From the NCBI GenBank assembly GCA_013265495.1, contig MU061423.1, forward strand, positions 2,170,001 to 2,234,000: a stretch of DNA of 64,000 nucleotides, written 5' to 3'. Positions 10,709 to 23,160 of the stretch are shown here, one piece after another (position 1 is the stretch's first letter; each line of letters opens with the position of its first letter). The notes beneath the pieces are model-generated. The model was not told the DNA's origin. It saw only the letters and a list, made by a program, of their open reading frames with translations, and made no database searches. The DNA is from Vicugna vicugna (lineage: Eukaryota). The position numbers and the translations under genes are program-made.

Positions 10709-11544
10709 TTATTTAAGAATTAATAAAGAAGCATGTATGTTGCTACACCAAAAATTTGGTGTTTTAATGTTTTGAAAACTACTTCAATATATTTGGTTTC
10801 CTTTGTGATTCTGTGTAATCCTATGTGTTTTATTTTAAGCACATCAAAACACCCACAGGCTCCATCAGAAGGTCAAAGGTGTCAATGGCACAGAAGAGGT
10901 TTAGAACCAGTGTAGGCAGAAGTGAAGAGTCCCAGGGCAGTGTCTTCCATGAAGGCCATCCTTCCTGAATGTCAAAAGGGGAAAAAGGAAGGTCCTGCCG
11001 CCCCCAGGTTCAGTCGTAATCTCATTTAAAGTCTGAAGACAAAGGTGATTTATATAATACTTCCACCCTTGGGGAAGGAGGGGCAGAAAGAAAAAAACAG
11101 TAAGAATCTAAATCCCTAAGGGGGAGGGCTGAAGACCATTTAAAAGTGTGAAATCTCTCCTTTTAGGTCTGACCAGATTATCCTGGGTTGTAGAAAGCAT
11201 GCCTGAGGGGGGACCCAGGACGATGAATCATCTGAGGGCCAAAACTGTGAGCAGGAGGCCCAACAACTCTGCGGCTTGTCATCTCTGACATTACCGAGCC
11301 TTCTTGTGTGATCCTGGGCAAGGGACACGACCTTCGGTGATTCAGCTTTTCCATTTTCTTGGCCCCACGTTCCATTCGGCTGGCTGTGCAGAAGTCCCAA
11401 GATAAACACTTTGCTGAAAGAGAGACAGCATGGCTCATTGTTTTAAAGGAACGATGATGCCAACAATCTGCTTCCAGGCCTTCGATGATGGCTCCACTCC
11501 TAGCTTCAGTCCCCACCCTGTGTCCTACATTTCTTCTTCTTTTT

Positions 11545-11770
11545 AAAAAAGTTTTTAACTTTTATTTTTCACTGAAGCATAGTTGATTTACAGTGTTAGT
11601 TTCAGGTGTACGGCAAAGCGATTCAATTATACATATACATACATACCTATATATGTCTGTCAGATTCTTTTCCATTATAGCTTATTACAAGAATGAATGT
11701 AGCTCCCTGTACTATACAGAGGTCCTTGCTGCTTATCTATTTTATATATAGAAGCGTGTATCTGTTAATC
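11545..11770 (-). mobile_element. L1 3' tail
   Basis: ttcactgaagcatagttgatttacagtgttagtttcaggtgtac...tagctccctgtactatacag. Confidence 0.85.
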
Positions 11771-12312
11771 GATTTCACGCTTAGCTCAGCTTTGCATCTG
11801 CTGTCGGCCCCGTCTTCGGTGGCTGGAGAACAGGGCTCTCCTTCACAAGGCCAGCCTGTGTGCAGCACTAAGCAAGGACCGTCTGCCTCTGCTGTCTCGT
11901 CGTCCTCACACCCCTGTTTTCCTCCCTGAGACTTCCCCTCCCTTCTAACAAAACCTGCCGTCACACTGTCCATGGACACCCGCACGCAGTTCTGTGTTTC
12001 TGAACTGGAAACACATACAAAACATCTTTAAAAGAAGAAAAATTGTCGCTTACCTCCAAGGAACTGATGTCAATTGCCAGAGAAAAAAGGTTTGACTTTA
12101 ATAAAACGATCATATGATTGTGGAAGTAAAAATACAGTATGTGAAGCCCAGACGTGAGACTTCCTTAGGGGTCTGCGGACCTCTGTCTACAAATACCAGC
12201 ATGCGTGTTTGATTGCTGCTTTGTGTTAGTCTTTCAGTGGTTATTTGACTTTTGACAAAGATCAGAGTTTTAAGCAGACAGGATGAGGGGCAGATGAGGA
12301 GATTTCGGGCAT

Positions 12313-12493
12313 CAGGAAGTGGGCCGGAAGCAGCAGCAGCAGCGAACTGGAATCCTTTTGGATGATCCTAGAATTACGTGACTTGGCTAATTACCAGTTG
12401 CATCTGTGCTGGAGGCTGGGTTTGATGGTTGGAGCAATTCAGGTACCTTTTAAAATAAGGTCACCACATTAAATGGAAAGAGACCAAAGGCCA
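12313..12493. promoter_or_regulatory. Candidate enhancer motif cluster (2x ETS, bZIP, HNF4-type DR1)
   Basis: CAGGAAGT 12313-12320, CCGGAAG 12324-12330, TTACGTGAC 12374-12382, AGACCAAAGGCCA 12481-12493. Motif match only. Confidence 0.3.
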
Positions 12494-14589
12494 CCTCAGC
12501 TACTCCAGGGACACAGCAATGACAGTCTCTGTTCTCTCAAGGAAAGAGCAAATTTAGTGTTGCTCATCAAAACGCCTGTTGTGCCAATCTGACCTTTAAG
12601 TGATTTTTAAAGATAATATTCAGTTTATCCACAGAAACTTTGAGAACAACCTCTGACATTAACCAGAAATCAATCTTCTCAGCTATCGTCTACTTTAAAA
12701 AAATTGGCTTAGAGATTTTTCCTGGGACAATCCAGCTCATCATAGTTTCCAATGTGCATCGCAGCAGAGCTAAAATGTTTTTTCTATAAGCCTGCATCCT
12801 TACATTTACATTTCTTTTCCATTTTCAAGCATAAAACCATTCTCCGCCCCCATCAAAGTAATTTTTATTAATTGGATTTCCGCCTGCATGCCTGGCAGAG
12901 GAAAATGTAGGTTTGAGCTCAGTAGTAAAGCCCTTCTAATCATAGCCAAGGGAAGAAAGAAATGCCAGAATCAGGGAAACAAGACTTTGTTAAGACTTCT
13001 GCTTTCACCATACTGACTTCTGAACATCTTACCACCTGGCTATCTGGGACCCACGCTGATCTATTGACCACATGTATGGGTCTGTGTTCTGGTTTACACT
13101 TGACAATATTTCTCAAACCCTGCCCGCATGCCCCATTTTAGATGAATGTAAAACTCTTTCACTTAGGTAACTTAAAAGCATTCTGGCCAGGCCAAAGCCA
13201 ATTTGTGTGTCTTCTCATTAGGAGGTGGACATAAATCAATAGATAAAAGAAAACAGACATGGTTCACGAAGCAGCCTTGCATGGCTTTCTAGAGCCTGAC
13301 TTGCACCTCCAATTCACAAGCCAAGCAGAAGAGCCTGGCTCCCAGGTATTCAGGTGAATGGACCCACCAAGTGGTAGGACACCCACCCACCAAGCAGCTG
13401 GGGTGTCTGGTGGTCAGCCAGCAGTGCCTGACTCATTCTGAAGGTGGGCAAGCCTTGGATAACTGTGGCCTCGCACAAACCAGAGATGCAGAGCCCTCCT
13501 GGCAAGCCATGGGTAACTGGGCTTTCTCTACTGAAAAATCTACTCTCCCTCTTCAGATTAGGATGAAGCTGGCATCACAGGGCATCGACGGGCACGTGAC
13601 CACGTTCCTTGGAATGTTTACTCTCACCCACCAGAATCACTTAACTTTTGAAACCCAGTTATTTTGGGTCCCAAAGGAAGTTACATATAATCTGCACAAA
13701 TTTGAGTTTTGGAAATGTTTTGGATTCCATAAACTCCCCCCCACCCCCACCTCACCAAATGTAATAACTTACATTCACACTTTTTTTTCCTCCAAATCCC
13801 TGAAAGTTAAAACACTTTTTGTAACCACAAATGATTAACTTATGAATAGTGCATTGAATGGGCATTTAGATCTACCTATTTTGCATTCATTCAGATTCAT
13901 TGCTCTCAATGTATCAAAACAAAATCTAGTGGAGGTCATAACATCAAAGGGACATTTATATTTGTAAATTTGTTCGGCTTAAATGAAGTTGTGCCAAAGA
14001 TAAAACCATATGAACGCTTCAAGGTTTATTTCAAAAGGAGTTCAGTTCTATAAACCTCGTACTTTCTCTTCTTGATTTAGAAAACTTTTAATTTCAATAA
14101 AAGCACATTTCCCTCCCATTCCCAACTGTGCCACCAAACATTTGCATATGAAGAACTGATACTACAGAAAAAAGAAAGTCTTAAAGGACAGTTCAAGTTC
14201 AATTACACTGGAAATGATTTTCCTTGAACAAGCACATGTGATAAAACTACAAGAGAAATGACTTTCCTTCCTTGCAAGGCAAATCAAATCAAAGACTACA
14301 AAACATTTAATCACAACACACAGAAAGCCAGGCAGTGTCCTGATGAGCTGAATTTCCTAACTTTTTGAAAGTTCAAATTCCAACTTTTCATTTCGGTTCT
14401 TCCCCTTGCTGAAAATCATTCTGAAATGCATTTTTCTGCTTTCATAAGAAGTGGGGGGACTTTCCTATTCATTTCAAAGTAAAAATGGTGATCGATTTAG
14501 ATTAGCTCTCTCCCTCCAAAATCTTTACTATTTAACAGAATGATGGAGTTAACTAATTTGAATTTAATTATTGATTGTGGATCTTTCCA

Positions 14590-15130
14590 AACACGCCCAC
14601 ATATGTAGAATACATTGGAGTGTTTGATATTTAGGGTAAGAAAGCCAGGTACAGAAGAGTATGTATAGTATGTTTTCTTCAGTATTAGAAAGAAGGCTGT
14701 AAATATGTATGTATTTTTAAGATTACAAAAAGAAGCAATTGAATGATAAACCCAAAATGAATTAAAATGTTTACTGATAGGGGAGGAAGAAAATGAGGGG
14801 GCTTAATGTCTCTGGATGTGGAGTCATTATAGTAACACAATATAATGACATTGTTTGACTTTGAAATTACATAAATGTTTTGTAAAATTAAGCCAAAAAA
14901 AGGAACTTCTATAAGTAAAGGGCAAATAGAAACAAACTTGATTTCACGTCAAGTTGGTAGCATAATCATACAGATGAAGAATATTTCAAATGACTTTAAA
15001 ACATGGTTTTTGACTCTCTGTCCCAGGTAGGGTATATGCAAGATACCCCACATACGGGAGTCCTATTGTTAGCAATAACATTGGCATGTTATTTTGAAAC
15101 TTGTATGATAAAGTTCATTGCTACTGCATT
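14590..15130 (+). mobile_element. L1MC4/5-like 3' UTR fragment
   Basis: tcaagttggtagcataatcatacagatgaagaatatttcaaatgactttaaaacatgg resembles the L1MC4 3' end. Confidence 0.6.
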
Positions 15131-16689
15131 GGCACTCTTTCTAGAGCAAGGAAATATGCATTCTTATTTAAAAAATGATTGCATAGGAATATTTCATAAC
15201 CACATTGGACATCACAGGGTTTGTTCTTAAATTTTTCATTTTATATGTATATCTCTTTTCATCTATGCTGAACATTTGTTTATTCACTTTATCATACAAG
15301 TTACTGAGTTACAGTATCATAGTTCGTACCCATTAGTTGTCCATTTATTTTTGTTATGTCTGATTTTCTTTTAAGACAAGCTAAGTTTACAAGCAATATC
15401 ACTAGTTATTTTTAAAAAATCTGTTTGCTCACTTAAAATTAGTCCAATATCTCTAACTAGTCTTTCTGGAAAGACCACCTCAACTTATCCCCCAAAGCCT
15501 TATATGTTATCTAGAGAAGGAAAGATTTGCTCTCTACATACCAATGCATCAAGGCAAAATGCTCACCTTATTTCATCTCTTTCCACTAAAAGGATTTGTC
15601 AGTTCTAAGAATCTGAAGTTAATATATTTTGGGAGTTGCCATGTGATACAATTAGTGTTTTCAATAACTTAATAGTCAGAGAAGTGGAGAGGCAGGATGG
15701 AAAATCTGTATTAAAAAAAAAATATATATATATACACACACACACATATATATATATATGAAGTATAAGGTAATCATTTAAAATAGTACCATTAGAATGC
15801 CCACAGCTGGGTTCTTTCCAATAGAAAAAACTCATAAAAATGGACAAGAGGTTCTTGAATGGCCATTTATAAACAATTTCTTTCAGGAATTTTCAAATTT
15901 GTTTTTGGATTAACTGTCCCATAAACCAGGCAAATTGCACACAACAAAAAGAAGAGATCTTGACAGTATTGTATGTAACTGATAGACAAGAGGGAATATT
16001 TTCAGGCAGCAGTCATAATTTTTCCTTGACTGCTAACATCTGCTTGTTAAACCTTGCACACATCCCCAGGGCGTTGGGGTTTGTAAACATTACTTGATGA
16101 TGACACACTGAATATTATGAAAATGTGTCTCTCAACCCACACCCAAAACCCTCCAAAGAACATTTCATATTTTCAGACTGTGGTCAGCAGGCTTTAGGGG
16201 GACTATTTGTAGTTCCTTAACTAAAAGTTAAATAGATCCTTTGTTAAAACGAATTCCTGGGCTATCCTTGCAGGAAACAAGATGGCCATAAGCCACCAGG
16301 TTAATTTTGAAGTAAAACATTATAGAAATTGAGATTGTTTCTTACATCTCCTGATAGGAAATGCTGCGAAGTATAAGAACAGATTACTGAAATGAACATA
16401 TAAACAGCCAGACAGGTATTTCTTTGCTTTTTACAGACTTCAAGACTCCTAACCACTTTTAGAAGTCAAAAATAAAATTATAATTTTTCTGTCAAATCTT
16501 GATATTCAAGTAACACTCATTCTTCTCTTCAGCAACACAGAATAGAGTTTGATAATGAGAAAAAAGACACACTACTTCTAAGAGAATGAAGTTTAAATGC
16601 AGAACAAACATCTGAAATAAAAATTATTTCAACAGATTCAGTACTTTTCTGTGACTGAAATCAATAGGACTGCCATGATTAGCAGACAT

Positions 16690-16965
16690 CTGGTACTGTC
16701 CAAAATGCTGAGAAAACATTTGGTCCACATCAAAAGGGCCTTGAAATTTGGTCCATCCAAAACGTCCATGAGCATATTTGGTCCATGCCAAATTGTTTTG
16801 AACAGGATCAAATATCAAGGACCTTTTGGCATGGACAAAATGTCTTATGGGTCAAATATTTTACGGACATTTTAGACAAGACCAAGTATCAAGGACCTTT
16901 TGGCGTGGACCAAATGTTTTATGGACCACATGTCTTATGGACATTTTAGGAAGGACCAAACATCC
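16690..16965. repeat. Foldback element built from GGACCAAATGT-type sub-repeats (unassigned, probably an ancient DNA-type repeat)
   Basis: 16716-16754 is the reverse complement of 16805-16843 (32/39 by hand). 16805-16843 is directly repeated at 16879-16917 (34/39, period 74 bp). Confidence 0.85.
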
Positions 16966-17714
16966 TGCAAGGGACTGCTACAAATAGAAGATACATAATA
17001 GGAAAAGAAATCCCACTCGACCCTGAAAGAGACTTTCCGTATAATAAAATACTTACAAAGTCATTGTGGCTTGTGAGAATTATGCTATATACAAAATGAG
17101 CATTCTAATGTAAAATTATGGGAGGACATACTCCCAAATCAAGAAATAAGTGAAACAGTGAAGCGACATTCTATGAAAAGGAAGAAATAGTGAAGAGAGG
17201 AAAGAAAAGAAAAAAATTTAAATTATCATAAAAAGAAATATCGTACATTTATCCCTTTGTTGTCTGATTTTTGTGTCTTTGTGTATGGTCACTATGGAAG
17301 GACATAATGAAAACTTTGGAAAAATTACTCAACCCTTGGACATAAAGCATAGGAAGAAACCTACCAAAGGTTGAAAAAATTTTTTAAAGTTATTGACACA
17401 TTTAAATGGAAATGATAATGAATTTCCCTGATTTTCCTGCATTTTCTTATCAACAATTTCCTGCTTTTCTTGTAACTAAGCTCATTAAATATCACCTAAT
17501 GAAATAGGTGAAATAGGATATGAAATAGGATATTTACTGTCATATTATCTTAAATCATCATATTTTTTCTTTAAAAGTTGTTCTTATTTTTGCCCAAGCA
17601 AAATTACGCTCATTTAAACAAAAAAACCCAGTTATTTCAAGACAAAGCTCTTTCAGTTACAGATTCTTAAAAGAATCATAATTGTGGAGGTCTTTGCTGA
17701 AGTATGAAATATCC

Positions 17715-17840
17715 TCATTAGAATATATGTTCCATAAGAGCAAAGGCATTACTTTGTTCACAGCTGTATGGCCAACATCTAGAACAGTTTTCAACAAATA
17801 CAAAACATTTACAGCAGCCCTCCCTTGTACAGAAGTAATA
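17715..17840 (+). mobile_element. L2 3' end
   Basis: attagaatatatgttccataagagcaaaggcattactttgttcacagctgtatggccaacatctagaacag. Confidence 0.6.
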
Positions 17841-18061
17841 AAAGAGCACACTTCTTTCCAAATATGATTTAATTAATCTTTATAATTAAGGGTGAAAAAC
17901 AGTGTTTATTGGCTGGAAGAAATTGGAATGAAGCTTAAGTTCAGGGAGTGGTGTTGGTTAAGTAGCACTGTGTAGCTTAATTCAACTCCTGAATATACTT
18001 TGGCAGATAGTGTGTAAAATGGTGAGGCTGAGCCCTCTCTTACGGCTGTTAGAGTGTAGAT

Positions 18062-18225
18062 CAGAGCCAACTTCCTGGGCATGCAATCTACACAGTTGGG
18101 CAGGACCCCATGCTTAGAAGGGCCCCTTGCTTGATTTAATGCTCTACTGTTGCCCTTTTGAAATGTCTAACTCATGAACAAGGTGACCTTCACTTTTACA
18201 GTGGGTCCTGAAATTATTCAGTCAA
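18062..18225 (+). mobile_element. MER91A-like hAT element
   Basis: cagagccaacttcctgggcatgcaatc..catgcttagaagggccccttgcttgatttaatgctctactgttgcccttttgaaat. Confidence 0.75.
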
Positions 18226-18252
18226 AACTGCTACAGAAAGTTTCTATAAAGG

Positions 18253-18263
18253 ATGAGTCAGCA
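18253..18263 (+). promoter_or_regulatory. Perfect NRF2/NFE2/BACH-sMAF motif (ATGAGTCAGCA)
   Basis: Exact match to the reverse complement of TGCTGACTCAT. Confidence 0.45.
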
Positions 18264-18438
18264 AGAGGAGGATGTTGCATGGATGCCCAGCCTTCCAACA
18301 CACACAGAAGCCAGGTTAGGAGGGACGAAATGAGAACCTATACACTCAAAAAGTTTGACAAGAGGAGAGGAAGCACCAAATAATATTAACCTGTTTTGTT
18401 TCTTTAGATTTCCATTGTCCCTAAAATATACGATATAT

Positions 18439-18502
18439 TATATACATATACACACACATATGTGTGTGTGCACGCGCATGTGCGCGCACGTGTGTGTATA
18501 TG
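18439..18502. repeat. 64-bp perfectly alternating purine-pyrimidine compound microsatellite
   Basis: tatatacatatacacacacatatgtgtgtgtgcacgcgcatgtgcgcgcacgtgtgtgtatatg read directly. Confidence 0.9.
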
Positions 18503-20124
18503 GACTTGATCTATCACTGTGCATTTATCATCTTTGACTTTTTAGCTGACAAAATCATAATTGAATTCCAAAGTCCCAGTAACTCTCTTAAGCAAGGCAA
18601 GTTTGACTTTTGCAGCTCTCAAGAACCATTTGCCCACCCCACTAAACATTTTAAAAGATTCTAATTTTATTTGGTAGGTCATTCTTTGTAATGCAGGAAT
18701 CATAGTACTCAAGAGGACTGTAAAGTCAGCTTCTTTAAAAAAATGAAAGTCGCATACTGGGGATTTACAAGTCTGTAAAGTCTGAAGGCTGTAGTGGGAC
18801 TCTAATGTAATGTCGACATTCCAGACACATCACCAGCACTTGTATTATATACTTCCTGTATACTACTCAGTTCACAGAAAATGTCCTTCAGTCCATTAAG
18901 ACATACCATTTGCCATGACTTGAGCTCTTTATACTTAAGATTTTATTGCTAAAGGAGTATTACCGCTTCTTACATTTAAATCTTAAAGACATTTACAATG
19001 CAGTAGTTTGGAGTTAAATGTCCATCTTTACTTTTCTGTCACAAGATGTAAGGTTGGACTAATCTATTTTGGTTGGTAGTGAAAGGGCACAAGACATAGT
19101 TAAACTCCCTCATTGGGTCATGAATCTATTTCAAGCAAATTATAAATCATGTTCAGTATTATCATTTCCATGGTATGTTTGCAAACCTAGAACATTCCAC
19201 AAAGAAGAAAATTCATAAGACTATCCCTAAAAATGTTTTAGTTTAATTAAAACTAGAACCAAATATATTTGAAAAAGTAGATTTTAGAAGCATTTTCATC
19301 AATCCATAAGCATGCCTGGGATTTGGGATTAGAGGTTGCCTTGGGGCAGACATTACCTACCTGTTCCAGTTGGAAAACTCTGCTTTCATTGTGACCTTGA
19401 ACACAAACTTATAATAAATCCTTACTGTTAATTACAACTCATGCAAATTGAGGGAACTGTATGAGCTGAATAGTGTGTCATACACTTGAATGAATGAATC
19501 AATGAATCTTTCTTTAATAGGTGCCCATAGCACCTTTTTTTCCTGCCTCGTTTCCTGAGCACCTTGTATCCTTGAAATAGTAACCCTAACCCCCCTCTCT
19601 CCAGTGCCTTGTACAGGATGATTGACTACAAATTTGCCATATCTAGGGTTTGGCTTTGAAGTATGCTCCCTTGCAGAGAGTCCTTTGTTCTAATCAGAAT
19701 AAGCTGTATTGTCAAGCTATTTTTAACCTTGATTGTCTTAAAATAAATGGGTACAAATGTATTAAAAGAAGGATTGGACATGTTTTAGCTTTACATCAAG
19801 TCACATACATGAATTTCAGTGGAAAATGGTTTCCTCAAAGTCATAGAAGAGCCTTTTGTTTTAAGTTTAAATTGGATTTTTCCCCCTAACAGATGAGAGC
19901 TCTATGTTGCAGCCAGTATCCAGATGTGCAAGTTTTTTAACAGCTGGAATCATAATAAGCTTCATTCTATGAAAATGAGCTCATTACTATTTAGTTTGTG
20001 CTGATCCTCAATAAATCCAGAAAGTTCTCTAGATTTGAAGGAAATTTCATGAAATTGTATAAGGAATGTTTAAAACAAAATTTTAGCTCTGGCAATATTA
20101 AAATCAGAATATTTTTTTGCTCCC

Positions 20125-20430
20125 CCTTTATTTTTTTTATATATTTTTATTCAAGTATAGTCAGTTTATAAAGTATCAATTTCTGGTGTACAGAACACTG
20201 CTTCAGTCATACATGAACATACATATATTTTTTTCACCATAAGTAACTATAAGATATTGAATATAGTTCCCTGTGCTATACAGTATGAACTTGTTGTTTA
20301 TCTATTTTATATATATTAATATCTGCAAATCTCGAACTCCCAATTTATCCCTTCCCACCCTCTTTCCCCCTCAGTAACCATAAGTTTATTTTCTATATGA
20401 GTCTGTTTCTGTTTCGTAAATAAGTTCTTT
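20125..20430 (-). mobile_element. L1 3' tail (camelid type)
   Basis: ttcaagtatagtcagttt..ctggtgtacag..attgaatatagttccctgtgctatacag..ctcagtaaccataagttt. Confidence 0.9.
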
Positions 20431-22639
20431 TGGCTTTCTTTCCCTTTATTTTGAAGTTAGGTCTCAAAGTTGAGCAAATAATACACATTAATGTATATAT
20501 ATGCTGAAGACATACTCAGCTAAATTTAGTATATTAAAAGCGTAACATTAAAATTAATGTTTAAACCAACTTTATATTATAATCAATATCATAAGAGAAA
20601 TCATAAAGGCTAATAATAATAACCACAGTAGTTTTATTTTTATCACAGTAGTTATATTTTTAAGCTTGCCAGACGCTATGTTATGCATTATCTCATTCTG
20701 TGAAACATGCATCTTAAATCATGTAGAAAAGTTAAAAAGTAATATAATTAGTTTTAGTTGTTTTTTTTTGCTTTTATGCTGATATTAATATTTCTATGAT
20801 GAGATCAAATTCCATCCTTAAGGTTGATTTCATTCTGACTTTAGAATAAATTTTCTTAGCACTAAGATTATAATAAAGTAACTTAAAGATGTAAAACTAC
20901 TGAGAGAAAAAAAGGAGCCTTGGTATTAAAACATATTGGAAGTAGGAACAAAGAATAAAAAATCAATTTTTGGTTCAAATTTCAGTAGTCTCAATATTTT
21001 GAGTTGAACATTTGAGTCATTTAGGAAATAAGAGGGAGTGAAAGAATAGAGTAAACTTACCAAGTCTTACCATTTAAAACTATCCAGTTCTCAGTCAAAA
21101 TATTTTCAATGTGCCATTTTTATATTCCTTTGATGTGAAATCCAAAAAGACTTAATGGAGAGACAGTGGACAGCAGACCCATAATTAAAACAATAACGGC
21201 TGTGAAATTTAGCCTCCAAACTAATTTTAGTATGAACTTCCCTCTGTGAAAACCATGAAAAATCACAGATAACACAATTTGATTTTGATCAGCTGGGAGT
21301 GTTCTAATCAGCTGAAACTCCATTACCTTTGAGCAAAGTCCAAAGCTTCCATTCACTATTAAATCACTGAATGCCTCTTTAGCAGACTTATTCACTTGAC
21401 GCTATAAGCTTTAAATGAATGCCACTTTTGTAAATGCCACTTAAGAGGATCCTTCTAAAAGCCACAGTGAGATGCCACACTGGCCTTCTTGTTGGATTTT
21501 CCCAAAGCTGATTTCCTTAGAGGAGAGGGGAGAGTGCTGTCTGGCACCAAAACCAAAGAGATTCCTGGGGTTTTAATCCCAAACTCTACATCTGACCACA
21601 TTCAACCTGTAAATTTCCTCTGTGCAAGATTTCACAACTCAGAATGGTGCCTTTACTTCTGTGTGCCTTGCAGAGTATAAAGTCCCTCTGTGACAGATAG
21701 CACCTTAGAATAGGTAAAGGAGGGGGATTCTTAAACAGTTCTGAGCACCATGACAGAGTGGCCAGCCCCAACCCCGAGGAAAGATACTAACAATATTATG
21801 TTTTAGATCCAGTTTACGTGTTACAGGCATGACTCCTATCCTGGAATATTTTGTTCTGATTTTCAGTACCTGGATGCTATGTGATTCAAAGAAGGAGCCT
21901 CATTCTTACCTAATTTTACTCCTGATTGATTAAAACATCTGATCTGCTTTTTGTGTGGCGAAATAAAATTTAGGCCTCCTTAGAGAAAGCAGGACATAAG
22001 AATGCTAAGTTATGAGGGTAGTATTCACTGTGGTTATGGTGCCTATGATGGTAACTTCCAGATGCTTTAGGGGAGGTGGGAGAATTTCTCAGACACTGAG
22101 AGCTTTTATAGCATACTTGCACTAGTTAGATTATGAGAACACAGCAGAAATTTCTTGTTAACCACCCCCTGCTTGCTAATCAAACAATATCTTCCATTTT
22201 CCCAGTGTGCAGCCATTTCAAAAAAAAATTACAGAAGACTCCATTAACATCTAGTTGAAAGGAAATTTTTCTATTTTGGAATGTGAAACATATTCATTTT
22301 TCAAAATACTATACATTACGTGTACAATCTCCTCTGATAATGTGGAGTCCTAACAGCTCAGAAAGATGCTCAGAGACATAGAATTCTCAGTCAGTGGTCC
22401 CATTTTTATTCCCTGAACTTATTTTACAACCTGATAGGAGACCACCTAGTGTATGAAATACACAAGATACAGGGAAGAAGCCCACAAACCCCATTCCGAA
22501 AGCAAAATCCAATCTAAGTAGGAATTATTAATTAAATATATCTTTATTGGGAACTTACCATAAGCCATCAGCTCTACTAGTTATTCAAATATAGATTTGA
22601 ATCAAAAAAGTGCAATCACAGTTGTCATAGAGCATAGGG

Positions 22640-23160
22640 TTTAATAAGAGATGACATACAATAACTGATTAAATCTTGGTGTGATATCTGTAATGATAGA
22701 GACATAGAGGGGCCATGGGAAAGTGCAGTGGGCTAGGAGACCTAAACCAGCAAAGAACTGGGGAAAATAATTGTCCCCAAGGAATCCCCTGAGGAAAGAA
22801 CTCTAAGTGAGGGCTTAAGTTTGAGTCAGTCAGGGAAGAGTTGAGAGAGAGAGATGGAGAGGGTGAAGGATAATGCTGGAAGCCGGAAGGGGCTGTGGGA
22901 AGCTATAAAAGGGATTTAAAGGGGCAGCAGATATGGTATGATTGTAAATACATTTAAAGATCACACAGCAGGGGAAAATATAAAAAGGGAATGAAGTTAA
23001 TTAGATATGGAAAAATCAGTGAGAAGGCTTTTGCAGGAGTCTCAATGAGAGATGCTCATGGCTTAGTCTGGATGCATAAGATTCCATCCCAAGACATTTA
23101 GAAAGGATTGATTTTTCTCTGAGATAAATTAGAGCTTAGGGACAGTGAGTGGAGGTGAGG
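22640..23160 (-). mobile_element. L2 fragment
   Basis: gtgagaaggcttttgcaggagtctcaatgagagatgctcatggcttag is typical antisense L2. Confidence 0.55.

Larger units (their letters stand above)
10066..10912 (+). mobile_element. Non-autonomous hAT-Charlie element interrupted by a SINE and an L1 tail
   Basis: Starts caggggttctcaatctgggg..gatagaattc and ends ggcacagaagaggtttagaacca; internal sequence continues across two TSD-flanked insertions. Confidence 0.75.

Noticed and set aside
13371-13838. 155-aa plus-strand ORF
   Set aside because: GTG start, no domain recognised, no convincing splice context; compatible with chance.
16690-16965. CRISPR-like array interpretation of the GGACCAAAT repeats
   Set aside because: Mammalian context, degenerate repeats in both orientations, no unique spacers and no cas genes.
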